DNA of 64,000 nucleotides from an uncultured Alphaproteobacteria bacterium (GTDB lineage Bacteria; Pseudomonadota; Alphaproteobacteria; CAAHEQ01; UBA3637): assembly GCA_944392785.1 (NCBI GenBank), contig CALXXW010000013.1:52903-116902 (forward strand), given 5' to 3'. This document shows, piece after piece, positions 9,722 to 19,763 of this stretch (within the stretch, counting starts at the first letter, position 1; each line of letters opens with the position of its first letter). A program made the position numbers and the translations under genes. The notes below the pieces were generated by a model. That model searched no databases, was not told the origin of the DNA, and saw nothing but the letters and a program-made list of their open reading frames with translations.

Positions 9722-10285
9722 TTAGAAGGCGTTCAGATTGATATCTAAGTTTTGAGCGCCCAACGTTCCACCAGGGAGATTGTTTACTCTTTTTTCCTCT
9801 GCCTGCCATGCACGACGCAATTCGACGGCTCCTCCCGGAGAAACGGGTAAAGCATCGATAGCCGCAAGAGCTTCCGAAGATATATGAGCGTCCGTTATCA
9901 CTTCAATAAGGGTATTTAACGGGTCGGTTATTATTTGCTCATTAACTTGATCTAAGTTGGCCCCTTTTGTTCCAAAGGTGAGACTCTGTTCGTAAAAATC
10001 TGATAAAGTAGCCGATCTTTTTTCTGCCTCGGTCGGCTGGGGATTGGTTGCCGCCAGGCGACTTTGATACGCCGGGTTATCCCTGTTATCACGGTCCCAA
10101 AGCTGTTGATAGATAATTCGAGCATAGTAGGGGGATTTCAAGTACTCTATATCTAAAATTTCATGTAAGCGAGCTTGGTAAGCTTCTGATGTTAACGGAT
10201 TGGTATCCTCCTTTGTTTCCATGGCAGCTGCTCCCGTTGTCCATAAGAGAGCTAACGATAAAATGGTTAAAAATTTTGTGGGCAT
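9722..10285 (-). CDS. Hypothetical exported protein
   Basis: 187-aa ORF with GGAGG RBS and signal-peptide-like N-terminus (…WTTGAAA); abuts both neighbours. Confidence 0.7.
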   Translation of the reverse strand: MPTKFLTILSLALLWTTGAAAMETKEDTNPLTSEAYQARLHEILDIEYLKSPYYARIIYQQLWDRDNRDNPAYQSRLAATNPQPTEAEKRSATLSDFYEQSLTFGTKGANLDQVNEQIITDPLNTLIEVITDAHISSEALAAIDALPVSPGGAVELRRAWQAEEKRVNNLPGGTLGAQNLDINLNAF

Positions 10286-10287
10286 AT

Positions 10288-10770
10288 TTACCTCCGTGCA
10301 TCAATAATGTTGAGTGAATTTTCAATGAGATTTTGAATGGACAGACCTGTCCTGCTTTCAAAAATCCGCACATATGCATTGGCTCCGACAGCAACGGGAT
10401 TTCCTGATCTTTTCAACATTTGAAGAGCCCCCATAATTTCTCGCCGAAGCTTTTCCGGAGCCGTGTTGATCAGTGTATCAAGACCGTCCGGGATTTGATA
10501 ACCAAGATTTCTTAGGTGTTGAGTCATCAATAAGATATTGGTGATATTAACGTCCGGTGCAATTTCTTCTTGGCCCATGGCCGTATTCCAAGTTGTATTA
10601 CTTCCGACCCAGTCGGGGGTTTTAATCTCTAACGTATTCGGAGCCTTGGACGACGTTGTTGCATGTGCTTTTGTTGGTAGTTTCCCGGCCCAAGGATTGG
10701 CGGGCAAGAACTCTGCCGCCCATACGGCATTGACGCTCAGACATAAAAGCAACAGACAGATATATCTCAT
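10288..10770 (-). CDS. Hypothetical exported protein
   Basis: 160-aa ORF, signal-peptide-like N-terminus (…VNAVWA), GGAGG RBS, ATGA overlap with pssA. Confidence 0.7.
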   Translation of the reverse strand: MRYICLLLLCLSVNAVWAAEFLPANPWAGKLPTKAHATTSSKAPNTLEIKTPDWVGSNTTWNTAMGQEEIAPDVNITNILLMTQHLRNLGYQIPDGLDTLINTAPEKLRREIMGALQMLKRSGNPVAVGANAYVRIFESRTGLSIQNLIENSLNIIDARR

Positions 10771-11573
10771 TTTGTTCCTCCCTGATGTTGTCGATATTTA
10801 AGGCGCTCTCGAGCAAAGTAAACTACGCCTATCGGAAGTATAATCAAGTAAAGAGCTCCCAGAGTGCTCAGCATCGACCACGGCTTGACAAAGAAGACGG
10901 CCATGACAATAAATAATAAAATTAACACGGCGGATCTCCAACGAGCCGGAATATGCAGATGCTTCATACCCGGGGTCGGGATGCGACTAGCCATCATAGC
11001 TCCGCTAAAAATCAAGAAACAGCTGACAAACCAAGGAGAACGCAAAAAATCAATAGATTTTCCCGTCGCAATCCAAAGAATGAGAGGAAACAACGCCAGT
11101 CCACCACCGGCCGGTGCCGGAACACCCATAAAAAAATGTGTCCAATAAGGGGGTTGCTTTGTCTCCAACATAGTATTGAAACGAGCCAAGCGAGTAGCAC
11201 AACACATGGCTAAAAATAAAACAACAGCCCAATGCACACCTATTGCTTCAGCTTTTTCGGCGGCATTGGTCAATACGCTGATTCGAGCGGTTTCATTCAT
11301 GGTCCATTGATACATAATAACAGCCGGTGCGACGCCAAAGCTGACAAAATCTGATAAAGAATCTAATTCTGCTCCGAATTTTGAAGAAACACCAAGCATC
11401 CTTGCGACTTTCCCATCAAAAAAATCCAGCAGAGCCGACAAAACAATGAAAATGATAGCTGTTTCCCATTGTCCCCAAAAAGCCATATTCATGGATGACA
11501 CCCCAAAACACAGGGCGGCCATAGTCACAGCGTTTGGAAAAATGGGTTTAATGTTGATTTCTTTATCTGTCAT
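10767..11573 (-). CDS. pssA: CDP-diacylglycerol--serine O-phosphatidyltransferase
   Basis: PNAVT, D..DGKVAR......FGAELDSLSDFVSFGVAPA, RLARFN, FMGVPAP motifs. Confidence 0.95.
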   Translation of the reverse strand: MTDKEINIKPIFPNAVTMAALCFGVSSMNMAFWGQWETAIIFIVLSALLDFFDGKVARMLGVSSKFGAELDSLSDFVSFGVAPAVIMYQWTMNETARISVLTNAAEKAEAIGVHWAVVLFLAMCCATRLARFNTMLETKQPPYWTHFFMGVPAPAGGGLALFPLILWIATGKSIDFLRSPWFVSCFLIFSGAMMASRIPTPGMKHLHIPARWRSAVLILLFIVMAVFFVKPWSMLSTLGALYLIILPIGVVYFARERLKYRQHQGGTK

Positions 11574-11576
11574 TGA

Positions 11577-12341
11577 TTAGATTCCCTTCTTTTGATCAGC
11601 CTCAGGCATTTCCGCTAAAACCGTTTCACCGGCGACAGCCACCTGACCGAGCAGAACCTTGGGGTACACTCCTTTGGGTAAGTAAACATCCAGACGGCTG
11701 CCGAAACGGATCATTCCGAAGACGTGTCCGGCCTTCAGCTTTTCACCTACGGTTAAGGGACAGAAAATTCGGCGTGCAATCAACCCGGCAATCTGAATAA
11801 CGCCGATTCTTTGGCCGTTTGTGGCATCAATAGAAATCAGCTGACGTTCATTATCCTCGCTGTCTTTATCTGCCACACTGACAAATTTTCCCGGACAGTA
11901 TTTTAAGGCATGAACTGTTCCCGAAACGGGAGATCGATTTACATGAACGCTAAAAACACTCATAAAAATGCTGATGCGAATAAGTGGCATATTGCCCAAA
12001 TCTAATTCTTTTGGCGGTACCATCTCTTTGATATTACTAACGATACCGTCAGCCGGTGCAATAATCAAGTGATTGCCTTTGGGGGTGACGCGTGGCGGAT
12101 TGCGAAAAAAGTAAAAAGAAAATATGAAAAACGGCAACCCAATCCACCAAGCAGAAGGCATATAAATATCAAACAAAAGGCCTATAATTTTTAAGACAAA
12201 ATCTAATGCCAAAAAGATACCAAATATGGCTGCTAAGATTTTGACACCCTCTGGGTGAATAGCCGGCAATAGGTAGCGTTTCCAAGATAGATCAACGGCA
12301 TCTAAATCTGCTTGTGTTGGAAAATGATATTCTTTTTTCAT
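11577..12341 (-). CDS. psd: Phosphatidylserine decarboxylase proenzyme
   Basis: FFRNPPR, APADG, SIFMSVFSVHVNRSP, QIAGLIARRI, and the RFGSR self-cleavage site. Confidence 0.95.
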   Translation of the reverse strand: MKKEYHFPTQADLDAVDLSWKRYLLPAIHPEGVKILAAIFGIFLALDFVLKIIGLLFDIYMPSAWWIGLPFFIFSFYFFRNPPRVTPKGNHLIIAPADGIVSNIKEMVPPKELDLGNMPLIRISIFMSVFSVHVNRSPVSGTVHALKYCPGKFVSVADKDSEDNERQLISIDATNGQRIGVIQIAGLIARRIFCPLTVGEKLKAGHVFGMIRFGSRLDVYLPKGVYPKVLLGQVAVAGETVLAEMPEADQKKGI

Positions 12342-12596
12342 AAAGTCTCCTTACTAAAATATGAATCTTTTTTCAGTCTAGTCCATTTTTATTTAAATGG
12401 GAAGTCTTTTTTTTATTTTAAGTGCTTTTTTTTAATTGACATCATGAATTTTGGTCTGGCTAAAAAGAGTTGAGGTCAGGCATAAAGCGGCTCTATCTGA
12501 GAGGTATTTTTTAAAAAAATAAGATTGAGAGGAGATGAAGAGAGTCGGTTTCTCTTTATAAAAAGACGCCTCGTTTTTTGAGCGAAGCGTCCTTGT

Positions 12597-12671
12597 TGGC
12601 TCCAGCGGTAGGGCTCGAACCTACGACCAATCGGTTAACAGCCGATTGCTCTACCACTGAGCTACGCTGGA
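12597..12671 (-). tRNA. tRNA-Asn (GTT)
   Basis: Reverse complement TCCAGCGTAGCTCAGTGGTAGAGCAATCGGCTGTTAACCGATTGGTCGTAGGTTCGAGCCCTACCGCTGGAGCCA folds as a cloverleaf with GTT anticodon and encoded CCA. Confidence 0.97.
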
Positions 12672-12733
12672 ACAGTGTACCTTTACACTTACAACAAAAA
12701 AAAGTAAAAAGCAAGTGTTTTTTTTAAATAATC

Positions 12734-12761
12734 TTGAAAATTTTTGAATTGGTGCTATACT
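12734..12761 (+). promoter_or_regulatory. Putative sigma70 promoter of the ankyrin gene
   Basis: TTGAAA-16 bp-TATACT with an extended -10 TG (TGCTATACT). Confidence 0.5.
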
Positions 12762-12806
12762 GTAAAAATTCACCATAAAAAAACAAACAGAAAGAAAGGA
12801 TAGAAA

Positions 12807-13283
12807 ATGAATATTGCTTACGAAATTCACACAAGAGAACGTCTTGAAAAATTAGCTGAAATTGAAAAATTTCTACAAAATCCGACGCCGGAGGAAGTCA
12901 ATAAAACAGATGATCGAGGCAGAACACGGTTAATGTGGGCGGCTTTTTACGGGCGTGCAGATCTGTGCAAACGATTGGTCATGGCCGGAGCCGATATGGA
13001 TATTCAAAGTGCTCCCAGTGATCATCGTCTCAGTGCACTGATGTTGACGGTTCGTTTTGGCAATATTGAGACGCTTAATTTTTTCTTGTATAACGGTGCT
13101 GATTATAGTTTGCGGGATACAGAAGGAAAGAATATCTATGACTACTTACAGGTTCATGAGGAAAAGCTGTCCGGTATGAAAAAGGCTTTTGAGCACTTTC
13201 TGACAGGAGCTCCTTCTCCTGAAAGAGTGACGGCTCATACCTATCTGCGTTCTCGGTCAGAGAATCAAAACGAACGGAACTAA
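12807..13283 (+). CDS. Ankyrin repeat protein
   Basis: D..GRT.LMWAA..G......LV.AGAD, SALM.....G......L..GAD...D.EGK ankyrin repeats. Confidence 0.88.
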   Translation: MNIAYEIHTRERLEKLAEIEKFLQNPTPEEVNKTDDRGRTRLMWAAFYGRADLCKRLVMAGADMDIQSAPSDHRLSALMLTVRFGNIETLNFFLYNGADYSLRDTEGKNIYDYLQVHEEKLSGMKKAFEHFLTGAPSPERVTAHTYLRSRSENQNERN

Positions 13284-13289
13284 AAAAAG

Positions 13290-13320
13290 AAACTTCTGAC
13301 TCTATCAGAAGTTTTCTTCT
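13290..13320 (+). terminator. Terminator after the ankyrin gene
   Basis: AAACTTCTGA-CTCTA-TCAGAAGTTT stem-loop followed by a T-rich tail. Confidence 0.65.
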
Positions 13321-13323
13321 CAT

Positions 13324-13351
13324 AAAAATCCCCTCTTTGGATGAGGGGATT
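13324..13351 (-). terminator. Terminator after pyk
   Basis: AATCCCCTC-7 nt-GAGGGGATT stem-loop with a T tail on the minus strand, just past the pyk stop. Confidence 0.65.
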
Positions 13352-13356
13352 ATTTG

Positions 13357-14772
13357 TTATTTAACGGTTGTGATGTGCAATACGTTTGTATTTCCTTTTT
13401 GGGCGAAAGGAATGCCGGCCGTAATGATAATCTCATCATCGATTTTAGCTAATTTAGCTTCCTTTGCCAGTTTGACAGCTATAGGAGCAACTTCGGTCAA
13501 GTTGTCCAGCTCTTTTGTCACAACAGAATGTACGCCCCATACCAAGGCTAAACGATTAGCAATTTTATCACTGACTGTCATTCCTAAAATGGGAATAGGG
13601 GCTCGTTCATGAGAGGCTCGCAACGTCGTTTTTCCGGAAACGGAATAGGTCGCTATACACCCGGGATGAGGTAAAACTGTCACCAGCTGACGCATAGCCG
13701 ATGTAATAGCAGTTGCAATGTTTTTTTCCTGAGGCAAGGAGGGGATATCCATCGCACGTTCATAGTAAATATCTTCCTGAATTTTACTGATAATCCGTTT
13801 CATCATGCTGACAGCTTGAATGGGATAACTGCCCATCGCTGTTTCAGCGGATAACATGACGGCATCGGCTCCTTCATAAACGGCTGTAGCGACATCAGAG
13901 ACCTCTGCACGCGTCGGCACCGGAGCGTTAATCATACTTTCCAGCATTTGTGTTGCCACAATAACCGGTCGATTGGCTACGCGGCATTTTTCAATAATGC
14001 GTCGTTGCAAAAAGGGAACAGATTCAATGGGGCATTCCACACCCAAATCACCACGAGCAACCATGACGGCATCCGCCAGTTCAATAATCTCATCCAGATA
14101 TTTTAGTGCGGATGGTTTTTCAATTTTACAGATAATGCCGGCACGGTCACCTATCAGCTGACGGGCCATCCGAACATCATCCGGTGTCTGAACAAAGGAA
14201 AGGCAAATCCAGTCAACTCCAAGATCCAAAGCAAAAGCTAAATCTTCTTTGTCTTTTTTTGTCAAAGCCTCAATGGGCAAAACAACATCCGGGACATTAA
14301 CGCCCTTATGATTAGACAAGATACCTCCGACGACGACTTTTGTATTCATGAAATCTTTTCCAAAGTCTTGAACTTCTAACTGTATTTGTCCATCATTTAA
14401 CAGCAGGAGCATCCCTGGTTTGACAACGGCATAAATCTCTGGGTGCAACAAAGATACACGTGTTTCGTCTCCTGGCTTTTTATCCATATCCAAGCGAAAG
14501 GTTTGGCCGACTTTTAGCAAAACTTTATCATTTTCAAAATTACCGACACGTAGCTTGGGCCCTTGTAAATCTGCCAATACGCTATAGTGTTGGCCATTAT
14601 CTTTAGCTAAAGAACGGATAGCATTATAGTTCTGTTGATGAACTTGATAATCTCCATGACTGAAGTTCATGCGAAAGACATTAACACCCGCCCGCATCAA
14701 TGATTTAATTTTTTCTGGCCCAGAGGTTGCCGGCCCAAGGGTTGCCACAATTTTTGTAAGATTATATTTCAT
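13357..14772 (-). CDS. pyk: Pyruvate kinase
   Basis: TKIVATLGPA, RMNFSHG, DLQGPKLR, KIEKP, MVARGDLGVE, ATQMLESM motifs. Confidence 0.98.
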   Translation of the reverse strand: MKYNLTKIVATLGPATSGPEKIKSLMRAGVNVFRMNFSHGDYQVHQQNYNAIRSLAKDNGQHYSVLADLQGPKLRVGNFENDKVLLKVGQTFRLDMDKKPGDETRVSLLHPEIYAVVKPGMLLLLNDGQIQLEVQDFGKDFMNTKVVVGGILSNHKGVNVPDVVLPIEALTKKDKEDLAFALDLGVDWICLSFVQTPDDVRMARQLIGDRAGIICKIEKPSALKYLDEIIELADAVMVARGDLGVECPIESVPFLQRRIIEKCRVANRPVIVATQMLESMINAPVPTRAEVSDVATAVYEGADAVMLSAETAMGSYPIQAVSMMKRIISKIQEDIYYERAMDIPSLPQEKNIATAITSAMRQLVTVLPHPGCIATYSVSGKTTLRASHERAPIPILGMTVSDKIANRLALVWGVHSVVTKELDNLTEVAPIAVKLAKEAKLAKIDDEIIITAGIPFAQKGNTNVLHITTVK

Positions 14773-14776
14773 TTTT

Positions 14777-15676
14777 TTATCCTTGTATTTCTAACATAAT
14801 ACGTCCCGTTAAATTTTGTTTGGGACCTATACTTTTTATACCGGTACCAATAACACCGTTTGAAGCTAAGTTAAAGGCATTACTGGCCATGGTTGTTGGC
14901 TCTAAACAAAAGAAATCCTTTCCCCTGGGGGCATACAATACCACATGATGAAATAAATCGTCTGTCGTCATGCGGACAGTGATGCCGTCCGAAGGATATG
15001 TCAGGGTTGCTTTCTCTTTAAAGCCTCCGAAACATGTGTCAAAGACCATATGGTTAAGCGCTTTTCCCGAAGAGAAATCCCAATCTTGAGGACAGGGATA
15101 TGGTCTGTCAAAAATGGGGTCATTTTCATTGCTCCAAACATGGCGTGTTTCAAACTCTAAGATGACGTCTTTCGTCTTCGTAAAAAAGGGATGGATACCC
15201 ATACCACAGGGCATCGGTAGAACCGTCGGATTTGTCAGAGTTATTTGGATAGCCAGTTGTCTGTCTTGCAATGTATACGCAATCTGAGCTTCATAGGAAA
15301 AAGGATAGCCGCCATCTTCCTTTTTATGCTGCATTTGAAGGGTTAAGCTGTTGGTTGTCTGCTGTATAATATGCCACTTTGTCTTCCATCCGTCTCCATG
15401 GATAGGATCAGAGATACCCATCTGATTTTTAGGCACTTTACGCACAATCCCCCAATAAGGAAAGCAGCCTCCACGGATACGCCCGCAATAGGGAAGCATC
15501 AAAAACATAGCCGCATCATTCACATCATATGTATGATCACTTTTTTTGAGGAGGGGACGCAAAATCTCTTTGTCCGATCCTTGAGCCGTCTTATAAGTAA
15601 GATGTGAAAGAGAAGCTCCCAATTCCGGCATGACTCCCAAGTGAATGTACTGATTAGATAGTATAACTTCAGGCAT
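14777..15676 (-). CDS. Aldose 1-epimerase family protein
   Basis: PY.GRI..G, IHGDGW, YPFSY, G.HPFF, FFCLEP motifs. Confidence 0.88.
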   Translation of the reverse strand: MPEVILSNQYIHLGVMPELGASLSHLTYKTAQGSDKEILRPLLKKSDHTYDVNDAAMFLMLPYCGRIRGGCFPYWGIVRKVPKNQMGISDPIHGDGWKTKWHIIQQTTNSLTLQMQHKKEDGGYPFSYEAQIAYTLQDRQLAIQITLTNPTVLPMPCGMGIHPFFTKTKDVILEFETRHVWSNENDPIFDRPYPCPQDWDFSSGKALNHMVFDTCFGGFKEKATLTYPSDGITVRMTTDDLFHHVVLYAPRGKDFFCLEPTTMASNAFNLASNGVIGTGIKSIGPKQNLTGRIMLEIQG

Positions 15677-16757
15677 TTGGTGTGTCCTCTTTTTTCTGTT
15701 TTTTTGTCAGTTTCTTACGGGTGTTTTTATCGGCTTCTTGTAAAGCTTGAAATGCTCTGAGTAATAAACTGTCGATGGTGTCGTCCTTACTTATCCGACC
15801 GCTAACGCCAAAAGTGGCGGTAATAAAGGAGCCGGAACTGCTTTTTAAATTACACTCTTGAATTTTTGCCTTCAAACGTTCTGCCAGGAATACAGCATTT
15901 TCTGCGGGCGTTTCTGTTAAAATCAGGGCGAATTCCACGTCTCCGACACGACCGATATAGTCCGAATCTCGCATAGAGTTTCGACAAATAGCAATCGTTT
16001 TTTGCAAAACCTCATCGCTAAAGGAAGTATCTGTCTCCTCTAACAGTGAGTGGAAATAGTTAAGTTTCATAATAACAACGGCCAGTTGACGGTCATAACG
16101 ATTGGCTCGTTTGATTTCACGTGCCCCTACCTCTAAAAGTGTTTGACGATTTAGGGCGCCGGTTAACGGATCTGTCGAAGCTAAAAATTTCAACTCATCC
16201 TCTAAACGCTTTCGTTTTGTGATGTCAAATCCGACAGAGCGGATTTCCAAAGGTGTCCCGTCATTGTTATAGATGACGCGATTCGTCCAGGAAATCCAAA
16301 AATGTTCCCCTGATTTTTTTATGTTTTCTGTTTCATGTTCGATATATAATTTGGGATTTGCAAAAATGCGGGATACAATAGTTGCCTGAAGCGAGTCTTT
16401 TTTTATTGGTGTGGGATAGATGGTGCCATATACATTTTGACCGACCATTTCATCCCGAGTATATCCGAAAACCTCCAGAGCGTAGTCATTAACATCTGTG
16501 ATTTTACCGGCTAAGTCAATTGACACAATGATGCTTTTCGTTGTTCCCGGTTTAAGGGGGGCTAACAGACTGGTTTGTGATGAACGCATTTCATCCAGCT
16601 CTTTGTTTTTAGCGTTTAAGGCCTCAATCATGCGAGAGACCTTTTTCCGCAAATGGCGTGAACGATTCATGAAAATAAAAGTTGTGAGTAAAAACAACAC
16701 GCTTGTCATGGCAAAAAAAGCCTGAGTAATAGCGAAACAGTCCACAGAGTTCAGCAT
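15669..16757 (-). CDS. TM-PAS-GGDEF domain protein with degenerate active site
   Basis: N-terminal TM, PAS/PAC (VNDYALEVFGYTRDEM.G, W.N......G.....G.DIT.RK), TDPLTGALNR; GDVEF in place of GGDEF. Confidence 0.88.
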   Translation of the reverse strand: MLNSVDCFAITQAFFAMTSVLFLLTTFIFMNRSRHLRKKVSRMIEALNAKNKELDEMRSSQTSLLAPLKPGTTKSIIVSIDLAGKITDVNDYALEVFGYTRDEMVGQNVYGTIYPTPIKKDSLQATIVSRIFANPKLYIEHETENIKKSGEHFWISWTNRVIYNNDGTPLEIRSVGFDITKRKRLEDELKFLASTDPLTGALNRQTLLEVGAREIKRANRYDRQLAVVIMKLNYFHSLLEETDTSFSDEVLQKTIAICRNSMRDSDYIGRVGDVEFALILTETPAENAVFLAERLKAKIQECNLKSSSGSFITATFGVSGRISKDDTIDSLLLRAFQALQEADKNTRKKLTKKQKKEDTPNA

Positions 16758-16885
16758 GATTTTTTCTTCTCCATTCTCGAAATTGACTATATTTTAACGA
16801 CTTTCAACAGATAACTCAAGAAAAAAATGCTTTTTCTTGACTTTTTTTCAAAATTAGGTCATCTTATAAAAAAAGATTGTAAAGG

Positions 16886-18331
16886 ATGTTGAAAGTGTCG
16901 CAGAACGAGCAAATAGAAAAAATAATTTCAGGAGCGTATCAATACGGTTTTGAAACCGATGTGGCGGCTGATGTTATGTCAAAAGGCCTTTCGGAGGATA
17001 TCATTCGTCAAATTTCCGCTAAAAAGAATGAACCGGATTGGCTTTTATCCTTCCGTTTAAAAGCTTATCGACATTGGCAAACCATGACAGAACCGCATTG
17101 GGGAAAGTTGACCTATCCTTCTATTGATTATCAAGCTTTGTCTTACTATGCCGCACCACAAAAAAAAGCTTTAAAATCACTGGAGGAGGTCGATCCAGCC
17201 ATTTTAAAAACATATGAAAAGCTGGGGATTCCTTTGCAAGAACAAAAGATGCTGGCTGGTGTGGCTGTTGATGCGATTTTCGATAGTGTTTCGGTTGCCA
17301 CAACCTATAAACAGAGGCTGAAAGAGCAGGGGATTTTATTTTGTTCCTTATCTGAAGCTGTGCAGGAGTATCCGGATCTTATACGCAAGTATTTGGGAAC
17401 GGTTGTTCCTTATACGGACAATTTTTTTGCCGCTTTAAATAGTGCCGTTTTTTCGGATGGTTCTTTTGTGTATATTCCTAAAGGGGTTCGTTGTCCGATG
17501 GAGCTGTCCAGCTATTTTCGCATCAATGCGCGTCATGCGGGGCAATTTGAGCGCACTTTAATTATAGCCGAAGAAGGCTCGTTTGTCAGTTATTTGGAAG
17601 GGTGTACCGCGCCTCAACGAGATGAAAATCAGCTTCATGCCGCAGTCGTTGAAATTATTGTTTTGGATGATGCCGAGGTCAAATACTCAACCGTTCAAAA
17701 TTGGTATCCCGGTGATGAAAAAGGGCAAGGTGGTATTTATAATTTCGTCACAAAACGCGGAGTTTGTCATCATCGAGCGAAATTATCTTGGACTCAGGTT
17801 GAAACAGGCTCGGCCATTACATGGAAATATCCCAGTTGTATTCTAAAGGGAGATGAGGCGGTCGGTGAGTTTTATTCGGTGGCTTTAACAAATCATTATC
17901 AACAAGCCGATACGGGAACAAAAATGATTCATTTAGGAAGGAATACCTCATCCACGATTATTTCAAAGGGAATTTCGGCCGGGCATTCTAATAATACATA
18001 TCGCGGACTTGTTAAAATGGGACGACAAGCGATATGTGCACGGAATATCTCTCGGTGTGACAGTTTGCTGATAGGTGATTTATGCGGGGCCCATACTATT
18101 CCCGTCATGGAGTCTCAACATACGACAGCCATTATTGAACACGAGGCAACAACCTCTAAAATATCAGCCGAGCAATTATTTTATGCCGAAAGTCGAGGCT
18201 TGTCGGCAGAGCAGGCTGTCGGGTTGATTGTTAACGGTTTCTGCCGGGAGGTTATGCAGCGCTTGCCGATGGAGTTTGCTATAGAGGCGCAGCGTCTGAT
18301 CGGCATTCAATTAGAAGGGAGTGTTGGATGA
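16886..18331 (+). CDS. sufB: Fe-S cluster assembly protein SufB
   Basis: [43 protein letters not shown] motifs. Confidence 0.97.
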   Translation: MLKVSQNEQIEKIISGAYQYGFETDVAADVMSKGLSEDIIRQISAKKNEPDWLLSFRLKAYRHWQTMTEPHWGKLTYPSIDYQALSYYAAPQKKALKSLEEVDPAILKTYEKLGIPLQEQKMLAGVAVDAIFDSVSVATTYKQRLKEQGILFCSLSEAVQEYPDLIRKYLGTVVPYTDNFFAALNSAVFSDGSFVYIPKGVRCPMELSSYFRINARHAGQFERTLIIAEEGSFVSYLEGCTAPQRDENQLHAAVVEIIVLDDAEVKYSTVQNWYPGDEKGQGGIYNFVTKRGVCHHRAKLSWTQVETGSAITWKYPSCILKGDEAVGEFYSVALTNHYQQADTGTKMIHLGRNTSSTIISKGISAGHSNNTYRGLVKMGRQAICARNISRCDSLLIGDLCGAHTIPVMESQHTTAIIEHEATTSKISAEQLFYAESRGLSAEQAVGLIVNGFCREVMQRLPMEFAIEAQRLIGIQLEGSVG

Positions 18332-18409
18332 CACCAAGCACGCTTTGATAAAATGTATCTCAACCCAAAAAGAGGGAATATGTGGCGCTTTAATAACGAG
18401 GAAAATAAA

Positions 18410-19171
18410 ATGACTGAAAATAACGAAAAGGCTTGGCTGGAGATTAGAAATCTATCGGCTCGGGTGGATGGAAAAGAGATTTTAAAAGATTTTTCTTTAA
18501 CCGTTAATGCGGGGGAAATTCATGTGATTATGGGACCTAATGGCTCGGGGAAATCGACTCTTTCAAACGTGATTGCAGGAAACCCCTTGTATGAGATAAC
18601 CCAAGGCTCAATCTATTTTAAAGGGCAAGATGTTTTAAAGATGACGCCGGATGCTCGAGCTAATTTGGGTATCTTTTTGGCTTTTCAATATCCCGTTGAG
18701 TTGCCGGGAGTCAGCACGGCTCTTTTCTTAAAAACAGCCCTTAATAGTAAGCGTGCTTTTTTAGGTGAACCCGAATTAGATGCCGTGCAATTTATGAAAC
18801 GCTTAAAAACCAGAGCAAAAGCTCTTGATATTTCAGATGATATGCTCAAACGCCCCGTCAACGTCGGTTTTTCCGGAGGAGAAAAAAAGAAAATGGAAAC
18901 TTTCCAAATGGCTTTTCTGGAACCGGATTTTTGTATTTTAGATGAGATGGACTCCGGACTGGACATAGATGCTTTACGAACGGTCTCTTCCGCCGTCAAT
19001 GTCATGCGAGAGCCTCATCGATCCTTTTTATTGATTACGCACCATCAAAAATTATTAGATTATATTACCCCTGATTATGTCCATGTGATGGTCAAGGGGC
19101 AGATTGTCAAATCCGGGGATAAATCTTTGGCACTTGAATTGGAAAAAACAGGTTATGATCTTTATAAATAA
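18410..19171 (+). CDS. sufC: Fe-S cluster assembly ATPase SufC
   Basis: GPNGSGKST, LAFQYPVE.PGV, GFSGGEKK, LDEMDSGLDIDA. Start set at MTENN (18410). Confidence 0.97.
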   Translation: MTENNEKAWLEIRNLSARVDGKEILKDFSLTVNAGEIHVIMGPNGSGKSTLSNVIAGNPLYEITQGSIYFKGQDVLKMTPDARANLGIFLAFQYPVELPGVSTALFLKTALNSKRAFLGEPELDAVQFMKRLKTRAKALDISDDMLKRPVNVGFSGGEKKKMETFQMAFLEPDFCILDEMDSGLDIDALRTVSSAVNVMREPHRSFLLITHHQKLLDYITPDYVHVMVKGQIVKSGDKSLALELEKTGYDLYK

Positions 19172-19763
19172 CATTTGTTTAATTGATAATCAGGAACCTG
19201 TCGAGCTGACGACTCCTCGAACGTTTGAGGTGGGAAAAGATGGGTGTTTAAGTATAACTCTCTTGCATTTTCAGGGAGAAAGTAAGCTTCGTATCATCTT
19301 GGCTGGGGATAATGCCAGATGCACAATAAAATGTGTATATTTATCTAATAAAAACAATCAGAATAACATAGAAATTGAAGTAATACATAAACATGAAAAT
19401 ACCTATTCGAATCAAGTGATAAAAGGTGTTGCAACCGATTCATCGCGTGTTTCCTTTAAGGGGATGATTCGTATTCCACCAAAGGCTCAACACTGTGAAG
19501 GCACTCAAAATCATCGCGGCATTTTGTTAAGTGATACAGCAACAATCACAGCTGTGCCGGAGTTAGAAATTTATGCGGATGATGTCAAGTGCACGCACGG
19601 ATCGGCTATTGGGTCCCTGGAAACATCGGCTTTATTTTATCTAATGTCGCGGGGGATTGAAAGAAAGACGGCTCGCCGATTATTGTTAACGGCGTTTTTA
19701 TCGGATATACTTCCGGATAGATATCAAGTGATTATAGAAGATTGGGTCAGTAAAAATGTATAA
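19155..19763 (+). CDS. sufD: SufD-family protein (short, C-terminal part only)
   Basis: PELEIYADDVKCTHGSAIG and FYLMSRGI motifs; position between sufC and sufS. Confidence 0.88.
   Translation: MIFINNICLIDNQEPVELTTPRTFEVGKDGCLSITLLHFQGESKLRIILAGDNARCTIKCVYLSNKNNQNNIEIEVIHKHENTYSNQVIKGVATDSSRVSFKGMIRIPPKAQHCEGTQNHRGILLSDTATITAVPELEIYADDVKCTHGSAIGSLETSALFYLMSRGIERKTARRLLLTAFLSDILPDRYQVIIEDWVSKNV

Noticed and set aside
12528-12562. GAGGAG followed by an 8-codon ORF (MKRVGFSL)
   Set aside because: Too short, with no independent support.
16794-16809. CtrA-box-like TTAA-N7-CAAC upstream of the PAS-GGDEF gene
   Set aside because: Imperfect second half-site in AT-rich DNA; expected by chance.
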